Shown: positions 1 through 9,345 of the stretch, one piece after another
Position numbering within the stretch: the first letter of the stretch is position 1
How the letters are laid out: the number at the start of each line of letters is the position of its first letter
NCBI GenBank assembly: GCA_013140805.1
Contig: JABFRW010000052.1
Coordinates: forward strand, 371-64,370
Origin: Candidatus Eiseniibacteriota bacterium
GTDB lineage: Bacteria; Eisenbacteria; RBG-16-71-46
Reading direction: 5' to 3'
Length of the DNA: 64,000 bases
The notes under the pieces: model-generated
Database searches by the model: none
Seen by the model: only the letters and a program-made list of their open reading frames with translations
What the model was told of the DNA's origin: nothing
Translations under genes and position numbers: made by a program

Positions 1-720
1 CTCGATGCGGCGGAACATCACGATGACTCGGACGAGGACTCGCACGATGACTCGGATGAGGACTCCGACGACGACTCGGACGATGACATGGATGACGAAG
101 CGGACGATGACATGGACGACGACTCGGTCGAGGAGGCGCAGGTGGAGGAGATCACGCTGCCGGAACGCGGGGAGCGCTCCACGCGTCGCGATCGGGACGA
201 TGACCGCGAACGCCGCGATCGCGGGCCCCGCATGCCCGCTGATGCGCTTCGGGACACTGCGGTTCGCCATGCCTCGGAGCTGCTGAAGGCGATGGGATTC
301 GATGCCCACGTAACCGGCACGGCGGCGGACGATCGCGTGGACCTGGTGATCCAGGTGGCCTCGGGTGAGGAGTTGCTCACCGGCCGCAAGGGCGAGACGC
401 GGGACGCGCTGCAGCATCTGCTGACGCGCAGCCTCAATCGCGGCGACGGGGCCTACTACCATCTGCAGCTCGAGATCAACGACTCGTGGAAGAAGCGCGA
501 GGACGAGCTGGTCGAACTCGCGCATCATCTCGCCGATGCGGCGGTGACGACGGGTGCCGAACAGGTGACCGAGTTCCTGAATGCTCAGGAGCGTCGGATC
601 ATTCACGTCACTCTGCGCGAAGACGGACGGGTGCGAACTCAGTCGGTCGGCGATGGAATGGTCAAACGTCTGGCGGTGGCTCCGGCGCATTCCGCCGAGA
701 CCTCGGGCGCTGGTTCCTAA
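1..720 (+). CDS. jag: Jag/KhpB-family RNA-binding protein (KH + R3H domains), 5'-truncated by window edge; N-terminal poly-Asp/Ser/Glu low-complexity tract
   Basis: Frame 1 is open from nt 1, so the gene starts upstream of the window. C-terminal R3H-like segment 'RRIIHVTLREDGRVRTQSVGDG'. Position immediately upstream of mnmE is the classic yidC-jag-mnmE order. Confidence 0.8.
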   Translation, partial: LDAAEHHDDSDEDSHDDSDEDSDDDSDDDMDDEADDDMDDDSVEEAQVEEITLPERGERSTRRDRDDDRERRDRGPRMPADALRDTAVRHASELLKAMGFDAHVTGTAADDRVDLVIQVASGEELLTGRKGETRDALQHLLTRSLNRGDGAYYHLQLEINDSWKKREDELVELAHHLADAAVTTGAEQVTEFLNAQERRIIHVTLREDGRVRTQSVGDGMVKRLAVAPAHSAETSGAGS

Positions 721-804
721 GCCACACCCGCCGTTCGGATTCGAATGACGCGCCGGAGCCCTCGAGGCCCCGGCGCGTTCTCGTTGCAGGCTGGAGCACC
801 TTTC

Positions 805-2214
805 ATGAGCGGGACCCTTCCGATCCTCGACGACACGATCGCCGCCATCGCGACTCCTCCCGGAGCGGGCGGGCTCGCCGTCGTGCGGGTGAGCGGTCGC
901 GCCGCGATCGAGGTCGCCGATCGAGTGTTCGCGGGTGGCATGCGGCTCGACCAGGCCGCGAGCCACACGCTTCACCACGGCTGGGCGCGGTGGCCGGCGG
1001 ATGTCGAGCCGTCGCTTCAACGGAGGCTCGACGAAGTGGTGGCGGCGGTGTTTCGGGCACCGCGCTCCTACACGCGGGAGCATGTGATCGAGCTGTCCTG
1101 CCATGGAGGCGAGCTACCGTCGCGCCGCGTGCTGGCGGCGCTGCTGGCAGCGGGGGCGCGTCTGGCGCGGCCCGGCGAGTTCACGCTGCGGGCATTTCTG
1201 AACGGTCGACTCGATCTCACGCGCGCCGAGGCGGTCGCGGACGTGATCGCCGCGGCGAGCGAGGCAGCGAGCGATCTGGCGCTCGCTCAATTATCGGGCG
1301 CGCTTTCGCTCCGGCTCGACGCCCTCCACGACCGAATCTGCGATGCCCTCGCAGAGATCGAGGCGCGCGTCGACTTCGCCGAGGACGTGGGTGGCGTCGA
1401 AGTTCCGCCTGCCGTGATTTCCTCGATCGACGAGGTCGCGAGCGAGCTGGGCGCGATGCTCGCGGGCTCAAGCTACGCGCGCGCGATCCGTGAAGGTGTG
1501 CGCGTGCCCCTGATCGGGCGTCCGAACGTCGGCAAGTCCTCGTTGTTCAACGCGCTGCTGGGCGAGGCACGGGCGATCGTCACGCCGTTGCCCGGCACCA
1601 CCCGCGACCGGGTCAGCGAGGCGATCGAACTGGCGGGCATTCGAGTCACGCTCTCCGATACCGCCGGCATCCGGGCCACGCGCGACCCGATCGAGGCGCT
1701 CGGGGTCGAACGGTCTCGCGGCGAACTGAACGCGAGCCCGTTGGCGGTGTGGGTGGTCGACGCCTCACAGCCGCTGACATCGGAGGATTTTCAGATCGCT
1801 TCCGCCCTCGCGGGGCGCCGCTCGCTGGTGGCGCTCAACAAGAGCGATCTCGACTGCCGGGTCGGATCCTCCGAAGTGGCCGAGCTCCTCTCGGGTGGCC
1901 CGAGCATGGCGGTCCCGGTCTCGGCGCTGCACGGAGCTGGCGTCGATGCGCTTCGCGAGGCGCTCGCAACCGCACTCGGCGCGACCGACGGTGCACTCGG
2001 CGAGGCGGTCTCGAACCCGCGTCACGCCGAGGCGCTGGCGCGTGCGCAGGCGGCCGTCGTGCGCGCCGGTGCGGCGGGCCGTGCGAGCGCGCCGGGCGAA
2101 TGCGTAGCGCTCGAACTTCGCGAGGCGCTCGCGGCGATCGGTGAAGTCACCGGGCGCTCGGTGAGCGAGGAATTGCTCGACCGCATCTTCAGCCGCTTCT
2201 GCATCGGGAAGTAG
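805..2214 (+). CDS. mnmE: tRNA modification GTPase MnmE
   Basis: N-terminal 'IAAIATPPGAGGLAVVRVSG', G-domain 'GRPNVGKSSLFNALLG', C-terminal 'CIGK' motif. ATG at 805 is in frame; the ORF track starts at 745. Confidence 0.95.
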   Translation: MSGTLPILDDTIAAIATPPGAGGLAVVRVSGRAAIEVADRVFAGGMRLDQAASHTLHHGWARWPADVEPSLQRRLDEVVAAVFRAPRSYTREHVIELSCHGGELPSRRVLAALLAAGARLARPGEFTLRAFLNGRLDLTRAEAVADVIAAASEAASDLALAQLSGALSLRLDALHDRICDALAEIEARVDFAEDVGGVEVPPAVISSIDEVASELGAMLAGSSYARAIREGVRVPLIGRPNVGKSSLFNALLGEARAIVTPLPGTTRDRVSEAIELAGIRVTLSDTAGIRATRDPIEALGVERSRGELNASPLAVWVVDASQPLTSEDFQIASALAGRRSLVALNKSDLDCRVGSSEVAELLSGGPSMAVPVSALHGAGVDALREALATALGATDGALGEAVSNPRHAEALARAQAAVVRAGAAGRASAPGECVALELREALAAIGEVTGRSVSEELLDRIFSRFCIGK

Positions 2215-2221
2215 GAACGTC

Positions 2222-4147
2222 ATGCGATCCGATTACGACATCGTGGTGGTGGGAGCGGGGCACGCCGGCTGCGAGGCTGCGATCGCCTGCGCACGACTCG
2301 GGCTCCACACCGCACTCGTCACGGTGCGGCTCGAAGACTCGGCGAAGATGTCGTGCAATCCGGCGATCGGCGGAATCGCCAAGGGCCACATGGTGCGTGA
2401 ACTGGATGCGCTCGGTGGCGTGATGGGGGTGATCACCGATCGGGCGGGCATCCAGTTCAAGATGCTCAACCGTGCTCGTGGTCCCGCCGTGTGGTCGCCG
2501 CGCGCGCAGTGCGACAAACCGCTCTACTCGGAGGAGATGGCGCGACTCCTGGCGGCGACGCCGAACCTCGAGCGCCTCGCCGGCGTGGTCAATCGGGCGG
2601 TGATCGCATCGGGTCAGCTGGTGGCGATCGAACTGGACGACGGCCGCCGACTCGAGTGCCGGGCCGCGGTCATCACTCCGGGGACGTTTCTCAACGGCCT
2701 CATTCACGTGGGGGAACGACGCATCGAGGGCGGACGGATCGGCGAGCACGCGGCACGAGCGCTCAGCGATTGCCTCGCCGACCTGGGACTCGAACTGGGT
2801 CGCCTCAAGACCGGCACCCCGCCGCGGCTGCACCGCGACAGCATCGACTGGTCGGCCGTGGCGCCTCAGTCGGGTGATGATCCCCCTCAGCCCTTCTCGT
2901 ACTGGACCGAACGGCTCGAGTTGCAGCAGGTGTTGTGTCACCTCACGCACACGAATGCGAAGACGCACCAGGTGATCCGCCGCAATCTCGCTCGCTCGCC
3001 GCTCTATTCAGGCGCGATTCGCGGCACCGGGCCGCGCTACTGCCCTTCGATCGAGGACAAGGTCGTCAAATTTCCCGAACGCGAGTCGCATCAGGTGTTC
3101 CTCGAGCCCGAGGGGCGCAGTGTGCCCGAGATCTACGTGAACGGCGTGTCGTCGAGCATGCCCGAAGAGGTGCAGCTCGAGTTCATCCGCACCATGGAGG
3201 GGCTCGAGTACGCCGAGATGATTCGACCCGGCTACGCGGTCGAATACGACTTCGTGAGTTCGCACCAATTGCGGCCGACGCTCGAGTTGAAGCAGGTGCG
3301 CGGGCTGTTCCTGGCCGGCCAAATCTGCGGAACTTCGGGCTACGAGGAGGCCGCCGCACAGGGCTGGGTCGCCGGCGTCAACGCCGCGCTGCAGGTGCTG
3401 GGGCGTGACCCGCTGGTGTTGCGACGCGATCAGGCGTACGTCGGGGTCCTGGTGGACGATCTGGTGTCGCGCGAGCACACCGAGCCCTATCGCATGTTCA
3501 CATCGGCGGCCGAGCATCGGCTGCTGCTGCGCGCCGACAATGCCGACCAGCGGCTGGCTCCGATCGGACACGCACTCGGGCTGCTGAGCGATGCCCAACG
3601 GGAGCGTGTGCGCGAGAAGTACGCGGCGATCGAAGCCGAGGAGCGGCGTCTCTCGCGAATCAGCGTGAGGATTCCCGCGCACTCGCTCGCCGGTCCTGCC
3701 GGCCCTGCCGGCCCCGCCGGCTCCACGAGCTCTGCCGACCCGCCGCCGGAAGAGCCGCGGTCGGTGCGCGCACTGGAGTATCTCGCCCGGCCGGAATCGA
3801 GCCACCAGCGCCTGGCGGAGCTGGGCGTGCACAGCGAGCTGCCCGCGGCGTGGGCCGACGCGCTCGAGATCCGCACCCGCTACCGCGGCTACATCGAACG
3901 ACAGGAGCGTGCGGCCGCGCGAGCGATGACGGTCGAGGGCGCTCCGATCCCGACCTCGGTCTGGGACGGTGACTTGAATGCATTGTCACGCGAAGCGCGG
4001 GAGAAGCTGTTGCGCTGGCGACCCGCGACGCTCGGTCAGGCGGCGCGAATCTCCGGCGTCTCGCCATCGGATGTCGCGGTGCTCATGGTGATGTCACGGC
4101 GACGCCCCGAAGCGGCAACGGTCGAAGCGGAGCCACTCACGCACTGA
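2222..4147 (+). CDS. mnmG: tRNA uridine 5-carboxymethylaminomethyl modification enzyme MnmG (GidA)
   Basis: FAD-binding 'DIVVVGAGHAGCEAA' N-terminus, length 641 aa, follows mnmE. Confidence 0.95.
   Translation: MRSDYDIVVVGAGHAGCEAAIACARLGLHTALVTVRLEDSAKMSCNPAIGGIAKGHMVRELDALGGVMGVITDRAGIQFKMLNRARGPAVWSPRAQCDKPLYSEEMARLLAATPNLERLAGVVNRAVIASGQLVAIELDDGRRLECRAAVITPGTFLNGLIHVGERRIEGGRIGEHAARALSDCLADLGLELGRLKTGTPPRLHRDSIDWSAVAPQSGDDPPQPFSYWTERLELQQVLCHLTHTNAKTHQVIRRNLARSPLYSGAIRGTGPRYCPSIEDKVVKFPERESHQVFLEPEGRSVPEIYVNGVSSSMPEEVQLEFIRTMEGLEYAEMIRPGYAVEYDFVSSHQLRPTLELKQVRGLFLAGQICGTSGYEEAAAQGWVAGVNAALQVLGRDPLVLRRDQAYVGVLVDDLVSREHTEPYRMFTSAAEHRLLLRADNADQRLAPIGHALGLLSDAQRERVREKYAAIEAEERRLSRISVRIPAHSLAGPAGPAGPAGSTSSADPPPEEPRSVRALEYLARPESSHQRLAELGVHSELPAAWADALEIRTRYRGYIERQERAAARAMTVEGAPIPTSVWDGDLNALSREAREKLLRWRPATLGQAARISGVSPSDVAVLMVMSRRRPEAATVEAEPLTH
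3691..3720 (+). repeat. In-frame 9-bp x3 microsatellite (cggYccYgcc) encoding AGPAGPAGP in a MnmG linker
   Basis: Direct reading: cggtcctgcc ggccctgcc ggccccgcc. Confidence 0.6.
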
Positions 4148-4213
4148 CGCGATCGCGTGCGGATCGCGCAATCGGGCGAGCGGTCAGGATCCACCTTGCT
4201 ATAGTGCGCCGCC

Positions 4214-5845
4214 ATGCGCCCGATCCTCGAAATCGCCCGCCAGCTCGAACTCGATCCGGAAGCCCTCGAACCCTACGGTCGCTACAAGGCGAAGATCCCT
4301 CCCGCCGCACTCGCGGGGCGTGTCCCGCGCGGTGCGCTGGTGCTGGTATCGGCGATCACGCCGACGCCGGCTGGCGAAGGCAAGACCACCACCTCGGTCG
4401 GACTGTCGCAGGGGCTCGCGAAGATCGGCATGCGGGCCGCCGTGGCGTTGCGAGAGCCGTCGCTCGGGCCGTTTCTCGGCATGAAGGGCGGCGGAACCGG
4501 CGGTGGAGCCTCGCAGGTGGTGCCGTCGGACGACATCAATCTGCACTTCACGGGCGACATTCACGCCGTCACCAGCGCCAATAATCTGCTCGCCGCGATG
4601 CTCGACAACCACCTGCATCACGGCAATCAGCTGGGGCTCGATTCGCGCCGCGTGATCTGGCGCCGGGCGATGGACATGAACGATCGCGCTTTGCGCTTCA
4701 TGGTGAGCGGGCTGGGTGGGCGCACCGAAGGGGTACCGCGCGAGACCGGTTTCGACATTTCGGCCGCCAGCGAAGTGATGGCGGTCTTGTGCCTCGCAAG
4801 CGACATCGGCGATCTCAAGACGCGGCTCGCGCGCATCGTGGTGGGCTTCCGGTCGGATGGTTCGCCGGTGACCGCGGCGAACCTCAAGGCGGTCGGCGCG
4901 ATGTGCGCGCTGCTCAAGGACGCGATCAAGCCGAATCTCGTGCAGACCGTGGAAGGCGTTCCGGCGTTCATTCACGGCGGCCCGTTCGCGAACATCGCTC
5001 ACGGCACCAACTCGATCGCCGCCACTCGCATGGCGCTCTCACTGGCGGACATCGTCGTGACCGAGGCGGGTTTCGCGTTCGAGCTCGGCGCGGAGAAGTT
5101 CTTCGACATCAACTGCCGCTACGGTGGATTCGCGCCGAGCTGCACGGTGCTGGTCGCCACGCTGCGCGCGCTCAAGATGCACGGCGGAGTTCCGCTGGCG
5201 CAGATCGCCTCGCCCGACGTCGCGGCGGTGGAGCGCGGTCTCGCCAACCTCGACAAGCATCTCGAGAACATTCGAAAGTTCGAACAGCCGTGCGTGGTCG
5301 CCATCAACCACTTTCCAACCGATACCGTCGAAGAGGCGGAAATGGTGCGCAGACACTGCGCGGCGGTCGGGATCGAAGCGGTGCCCTCGAAGCCATTCAC
5401 CGAAGGGGGCGATGGCTGCCGGGCGCTCGCCGAGGTGGTGCGCGATCGCGTTTCGGCGAATCGCCCGCACTTTCGCCCGCTCTACGACTGGAACGCGCCG
5501 ATCGCCGAGAAGATCCAGATCATCGCGCGCGAGATGTACGGCGCCGAGGCGGTCGACTTCAGCACCCGCGCCAGGCGCGATCGCGCGCAGCTCGAGAAGC
5601 TCGGTTTCGACAAGCTGCCGGTCTGCATCGCCAAGACGCAGCAGTCGCTGTCGGACAATCCCGCGCTGCTCGGTCGGCCGAAAGACTTTCTCGTCACGGT
5701 GCGCGAGATTCAACTCGCAGCCGGCGCCGGATTCATCGTGCCGATCACCGGAGAGATCCTGCGCATGCCGGGGCTTCCGAAGGAACCGCTGGCGGAACGC
5801 TTCGATCTCGAGGAGTCGGGCGAGATCGTGATTCGCAGCGAGTAG
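4214..5845 (+). CDS. fhs: Formate--tetrahydrofolate ligase
   Basis: 543 aa with the characteristic FTHFS N-terminus (ATP-binding 'PTPAGEGKTTTSVGL'). Confidence 0.95.
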   Translation: MRPILEIARQLELDPEALEPYGRYKAKIPPAALAGRVPRGALVLVSAITPTPAGEGKTTTSVGLSQGLAKIGMRAAVALREPSLGPFLGMKGGGTGGGASQVVPSDDINLHFTGDIHAVTSANNLLAAMLDNHLHHGNQLGLDSRRVIWRRAMDMNDRALRFMVSGLGGRTEGVPRETGFDISAASEVMAVLCLASDIGDLKTRLARIVVGFRSDGSPVTAANLKAVGAMCALLKDAIKPNLVQTVEGVPAFIHGGPFANIAHGTNSIAATRMALSLADIVVTEAGFAFELGAEKFFDINCRYGGFAPSCTVLVATLRALKMHGGVPLAQIASPDVAAVERGLANLDKHLENIRKFEQPCVVAINHFPTDTVEEAEMVRRHCAAVGIEAVPSKPFTEGGDGCRALAEVVRDRVSANRPHFRPLYDWNAPIAEKIQIIAREMYGAEAVDFSTRARRDRAQLEKLGFDKLPVCIAKTQQSLSDNPALLGRPKDFLVTVREIQLAAGAGFIVPITGEILRMPGLPKEPLAERFDLEESGEIVIRSE

Positions 5846-6346
5846 CACCGCGCTTCGGTCCGCGAGCCAGGCTGCGTACGCGGTGCTCGCAGTGCCGCCC
5901 TGTGTACGGCCGGGCCGCCGCTCGCGTAGAGTGCGCGAGCCATGACTCCGCCACGCTCGAACTCGAATCGCCGCGATTCCCGCACGTCGACCCGGCCTGC
6001 CCGTGTTTCGGGGGAGATTCGTCGCGGCTCGGCTTCCGAGGGCCGTGTGGGCGCGACCAAGAGTTCGAGGCGCGGTCCGGGAGCTCCAGCAGGGCCGGGA
6101 GCTTCCGGCTCATCGCGCCGCGGGCCCGGCACCAGCGGTCGGCCTGACTCGCGCGGCGGGACTGGCGCCGGCAGCGGCTCGGGGTTCGCCCGTGACTCGC
6201 GCGGTGGCTCCGGTTCGGCGCGCGGCCAGGGCTTCGGAGGGGATTCGCGAGGCGAGCGGTCCGAGCGTGCCGGACGGGGATCCTCCACCGCACGGCGAGG
6301 TGAGTTTGCGCCGCCCAGACGACGCGCGAATGCCAGTCCGGAACGC

Positions 6347-7000
6347 ATGGTCGAGCGCCAGAACTGGGATTCGCTGATCCCTCATCTGTTGCGGCTCGGT
6401 GCGGAACCCGACACGACGCTCGAAAAGCTCAAGCTGTTCACGCGCGCCTTGCTCGAGTGGAATCGCGGCGCCTCGAACCTGATCTCGGCCGGCGACGAGG
6501 TGCGAGTCGTCGAACGTCATGTGGTCGAGTCGATCGAACCCGCCCACTGGCTCAAGCAAAATGGCGGAAACCGTTGGCTCGATTTGGGAAGTGGCGCTGG
6601 ATTTCCGGGTCTGCTGCTCGCCATTTGCGGAGTCGGTGATCACTGGACGCTGGTGGAATCGCGCCGCAACAAGACTCTCTTTCTGCGAAAGATCTGCCAG
6701 GATTTCGCGCTTCGCCACGTCAAGGTGGTGACGGAACGACTCGAATCGCTGGTCGAGAACGAGGAATTCGCGCATGACTTCGATGGCTTCACCTCGCGCG
6801 CGACCATGAAGCTGACCCCGACCCTCGAGCTCGCAAATCGATTCGTTGTAACCGGTGGGCAGGCCTTCCTCTGGAAAGGCAGCGGTCGCGACAAGGAGAT
6901 GGAGGACGCGCCGGAGTGGCGTTCTCACTGGCGCCTCGAGGGCCTGCTCGGAGTCGGATCCGGCCCCAATGTCGTGTGCAGATTCACAAGGACCGCTTAG
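6347..7000 (+). CDS. rsmG: 16S rRNA (guanine527-N7)-methyltransferase RsmG (GidB); possible RGG-rich N-terminal extension if translation starts at 5942
   Basis: SAM-binding 'WLDLGSGAGFPGLLLAI'. Core of 218 aa from the in-frame ATG at 6347; the same frame is open back to ATG 5942. Confidence 0.85.
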   Translation: MVERQNWDSLIPHLLRLGAEPDTTLEKLKLFTRALLEWNRGASNLISAGDEVRVVERHVVESIEPAHWLKQNGGNRWLDLGSGAGFPGLLLAICGVGDHWTLVESRRNKTLFLRKICQDFALRHVKVVTERLESLVENEEFAHDFDGFTSRATMKLTPTLELANRFVVTGGQAFLWKGSGRDKEMEDAPEWRSHWRLEGLLGVGSGPNVVCRFTRTA

Positions 7001-7022
7001 CCTTCTGTCGTTTCGCGTGACG

Positions 7023-7040
7023 AAGTTCCACGTGGAACAT
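7023..7040. promoter_or_regulatory. parS centromere site (aaGTTCCACGTGGAACat), perfect 14-bp palindrome, upstream of parA
   Basis: Matches the parS consensus tGTTNCACGTGAAACa; lies 100 bp upstream of the parA start. Confidence 0.8.
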
Positions 7041-7143
7041 ACGCCTTGAGCGATCGCTCGGCTGTTGCTACTGTGCCCGCCCCAAGTTCACACCACCGAG
7101 ATTCACGCGGTGGACACGATGTCCGCCCTAAGAATCCAACGGA

Positions 7144-7905
7144 ATGGCCAAAGTCATCGCTATCGCCAGCCAGAAGGGCGGCGTCGGGAAGACCACGACC
7201 GCCATCAATCTGGCTGCGTGCCTCGCTCAAGAGAGCAAGCACGTTCTGCTGATCGACATTGATCCACAGGGTAACGCGACGAGCGGACTGGGAATCAATG
7301 GCAACGATCAACGAACCAGCATCTACGAGGCGCTGCTCGGCCAGATCGAGATGCGCGCTGCGAGCATGCCGACTGCGCTCTCGAACCTCGATCTCGTGCC
7401 TGCGGGCCAACGTCTATCGGGCGCGGAAGTCGAGCTCGTCGGCATGATGGCGCGCGAGAACCGCCTGAAGAGCAGCCTCGCCCCGGTGCGCGACGAGTAC
7501 GAGTACATCATCCTCGACTGCCCACCGGCGCTGGGGATGCTCACCATCAATGCGTTGACGGCCGCGGACTCGGTACTGATCCCCCTGCAATGCGAGTACC
7601 TCGCACTCGAGGGCTTGACTTCACTCATCAACGCGATCGGCCTGGTCCAGAACAGCCTGAACCCGTCGCTTCGAATCGAGGGTGTGTTGTTGACGATGTT
7701 CGACGCACGGCTCAATCTGTCCCAACAAGTCGCCGACGAGGCTCGAAAATTCTTCTCCGATCGTGTGTATCGCACCGTGATTCCGAGAAACGTCCGACTC
7801 AGCGAAGCTCCGTCGTTCGGCAAGCCGATCGTTCTCTACGACCCACATAGCAGCGGCGCGGACAGCTATCGAGAGCTCGCGCGGGAGGTATTGGATCATG
7901 CCTAG
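7144..7905 (+). CDS. parA: Chromosome partitioning ATPase ParA/Soj
   Basis: Deviant Walker A 'ASQKGGVGKTTTAINLAA'. Confidence 0.95.
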   Translation: MAKVIAIASQKGGVGKTTTAINLAACLAQESKHVLLIDIDPQGNATSGLGINGNDQRTSIYEALLGQIEMRAASMPTALSNLDLVPAGQRLSGAEVELVGMMARENRLKSSLAPVRDEYEYIILDCPPALGMLTINALTAADSVLIPLQCEYLALEGLTSLINAIGLVQNSLNPSLRIEGVLLTMFDARLNLSQQVADEARKFFSDRVYRTVIPRNVRLSEAPSFGKPIVLYDPHSSGADSYRELAREVLDHA

Positions 7906-8785
7906 GAACGCCCTTGGTCGTGGACTCGAAGCGTTGATTCCCGGAGCGGGCGCACAGGCGACCGCGACGCTTCCAGCCCCTGTGGAGAGTCCGGCCACCT
8001 CCACCGGAGAGGCTATTCGCTCGATTCCGATCGACCAGATCGGTTCGAATCCCTTTCAGCCGCGCACGCGTTTCAACGATGACTCGCTTCGAGAGCTCGC
8101 AGAGTCGATCAAGTCGAGCGGCATCATCCAGCCGATGATCGTGCGTCAGCTCGAAGCGGATTCCTTCGAGCTGGTCGCGGGCGAGCGACGCCTTCGTGCG
8201 GCGGCATTGGCGGGTCTCAAGCAGGTTCCCGTCATCGTCCGTACGGTCGATGAGCGCGAGATGATGGAGATGGCGCTGATCGAGAACGTCCAGCGCGAGG
8301 ATCTGAATCCGATCGACGAAGCCAAGGGCTACCAGGCGCTCATGCAGAAGGTCGGGCTGACGCACGATCAGCTGAGCGAGAGAGTCGGAAAACAGCGCAG
8401 CACGATCACGAACTCGATTCGCCTGCTTGGACTTCCGACAGAAGTACAGGACATGGTTTCACGTGGAACATTGAGCGCTGGGCACGGTCGGGCACTCATC
8501 TCGCTGGAGAACGCGGGCGATCAGCTGACGTCGGCGCGCTATGTCTCCTCGAAGGGCTTTTCGGTGCGCCGAACCGAGGCGTTCGTGGCGCGAAAGCTTC
8601 GACGCCAGCACGCGCGACCCAAGGCGGCGCGTTCGAGCGGCCTGACCGAGTGGGAGAACAAGCTCCAGCAGCGATTCTCGACGCATGTCGCCATCGTTCC
8701 AGGGCGCAAGGGCGGCAGGATCGAGTTCGAGTACTACGGACAAGAAGATCTCGAGCGACTCTTCGAAGCGTGGGGTGTGATGTAG
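7898..8785 (+). CDS. parB: Chromosome partitioning protein ParB/Spo0J
   Basis: ParB box 'GERRLRAA', HTH region; overlaps the parA stop by 8 nt. Confidence 0.95.
   Translation: MPRNALGRGLEALIPGAGAQATATLPAPVESPATSTGEAIRSIPIDQIGSNPFQPRTRFNDDSLRELAESIKSSGIIQPMIVRQLEADSFELVAGERRLRAAALAGLKQVPVIVRTVDEREMMEMALIENVQREDLNPIDEAKGYQALMQKVGLTHDQLSERVGKQRSTITNSIRLLGLPTEVQDMVSRGTLSAGHGRALISLENAGDQLTSARYVSSKGFSVRRTEAFVARKLRRQHARPKAARSSGLTEWENKLQQRFSTHVAIVPGRKGGRIEFEYYGQEDLERLFEAWGVM
8456..8469. promoter_or_regulatory. Second parS site (GTTTCACGTGGAAC) inside the parB coding sequence
   Basis: One mismatch from the perfect palindrome at 7025-7038. An intragenic parS within parB is common. Confidence 0.7.
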
Positions 8786-8860
8786 CGCATTGAGGACGCA
8801 ATCGGGGGGCGGCGCTAAGTCGAACCCCGCGAATCTCGTGTACCGGATCACGGAGGAGCT

Positions 8861-9271
8861 ATGATGAGATTCAGACCTCGCGCGAGCACGTCGGAAGTCC
8901 CCGAGGCGCCGAACACCTACGTCGGCGTGGGGTCGAGCGTGCGTGGAACGCTCATGATCACGGGCACGCTTCGGATCGATGGCGAGTATGAGGGCGACAT
9001 CCTGAACTGCGACCGGCTCGAAGTTGGTGAGCACGGCATCATGCGATCGGATGTCGAGGTCAAGAGTGCGCTGATCCTCGGCCGGGTCCACGGCAGTATT
9101 CGAGCACTCGGCGTCATCGAGATGAAGACCGGCTGCCGAATCGAAGGCGATGTCACCGCGACCAGCGTGGTGATGGAGCCGGGCGTGTTCTTCACCGGTC
9201 GGTGCACGATGCTCGAGAACGGCGCCGAGGCGATGGAATACGGAACCGAATTCGCGAGGGCCCGCGACTAG
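8861..9271 (+). CDS. Bactofilin (DUF583) cytoskeletal protein
   Basis: Beta-helical repeat pattern 'VRGTLMITGTLRIDGEYEGDI...ALILGRVHGSI...IEGDVTATSVVMEPGVFFTG', 136 aa. Confidence 0.9.
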   Translation: MMRFRPRASTSEVPEAPNTYVGVGSSVRGTLMITGTLRIDGEYEGDILNCDRLEVGEHGIMRSDVEVKSALILGRVHGSIRALGVIEMKTGCRIEGDVTATSVVMEPGVFFTGRCTMLENGAEAMEYGTEFARARD

Positions 9272-9345
9272 TGCGCGCCGATCGAGCGGTCGAGCCACGG
9301 CATAATCCGGAGCCGCGAGGTGTGGCGAAGGGTCGGCTCGCGCGA

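Noticed and set aside
486-1493. 335-aa plus-strand ORF overlapping jag/mnmE in another frame
   Set aside because: Out-of-frame overlap with two genes of clear homology; Arg-rich low complexity.
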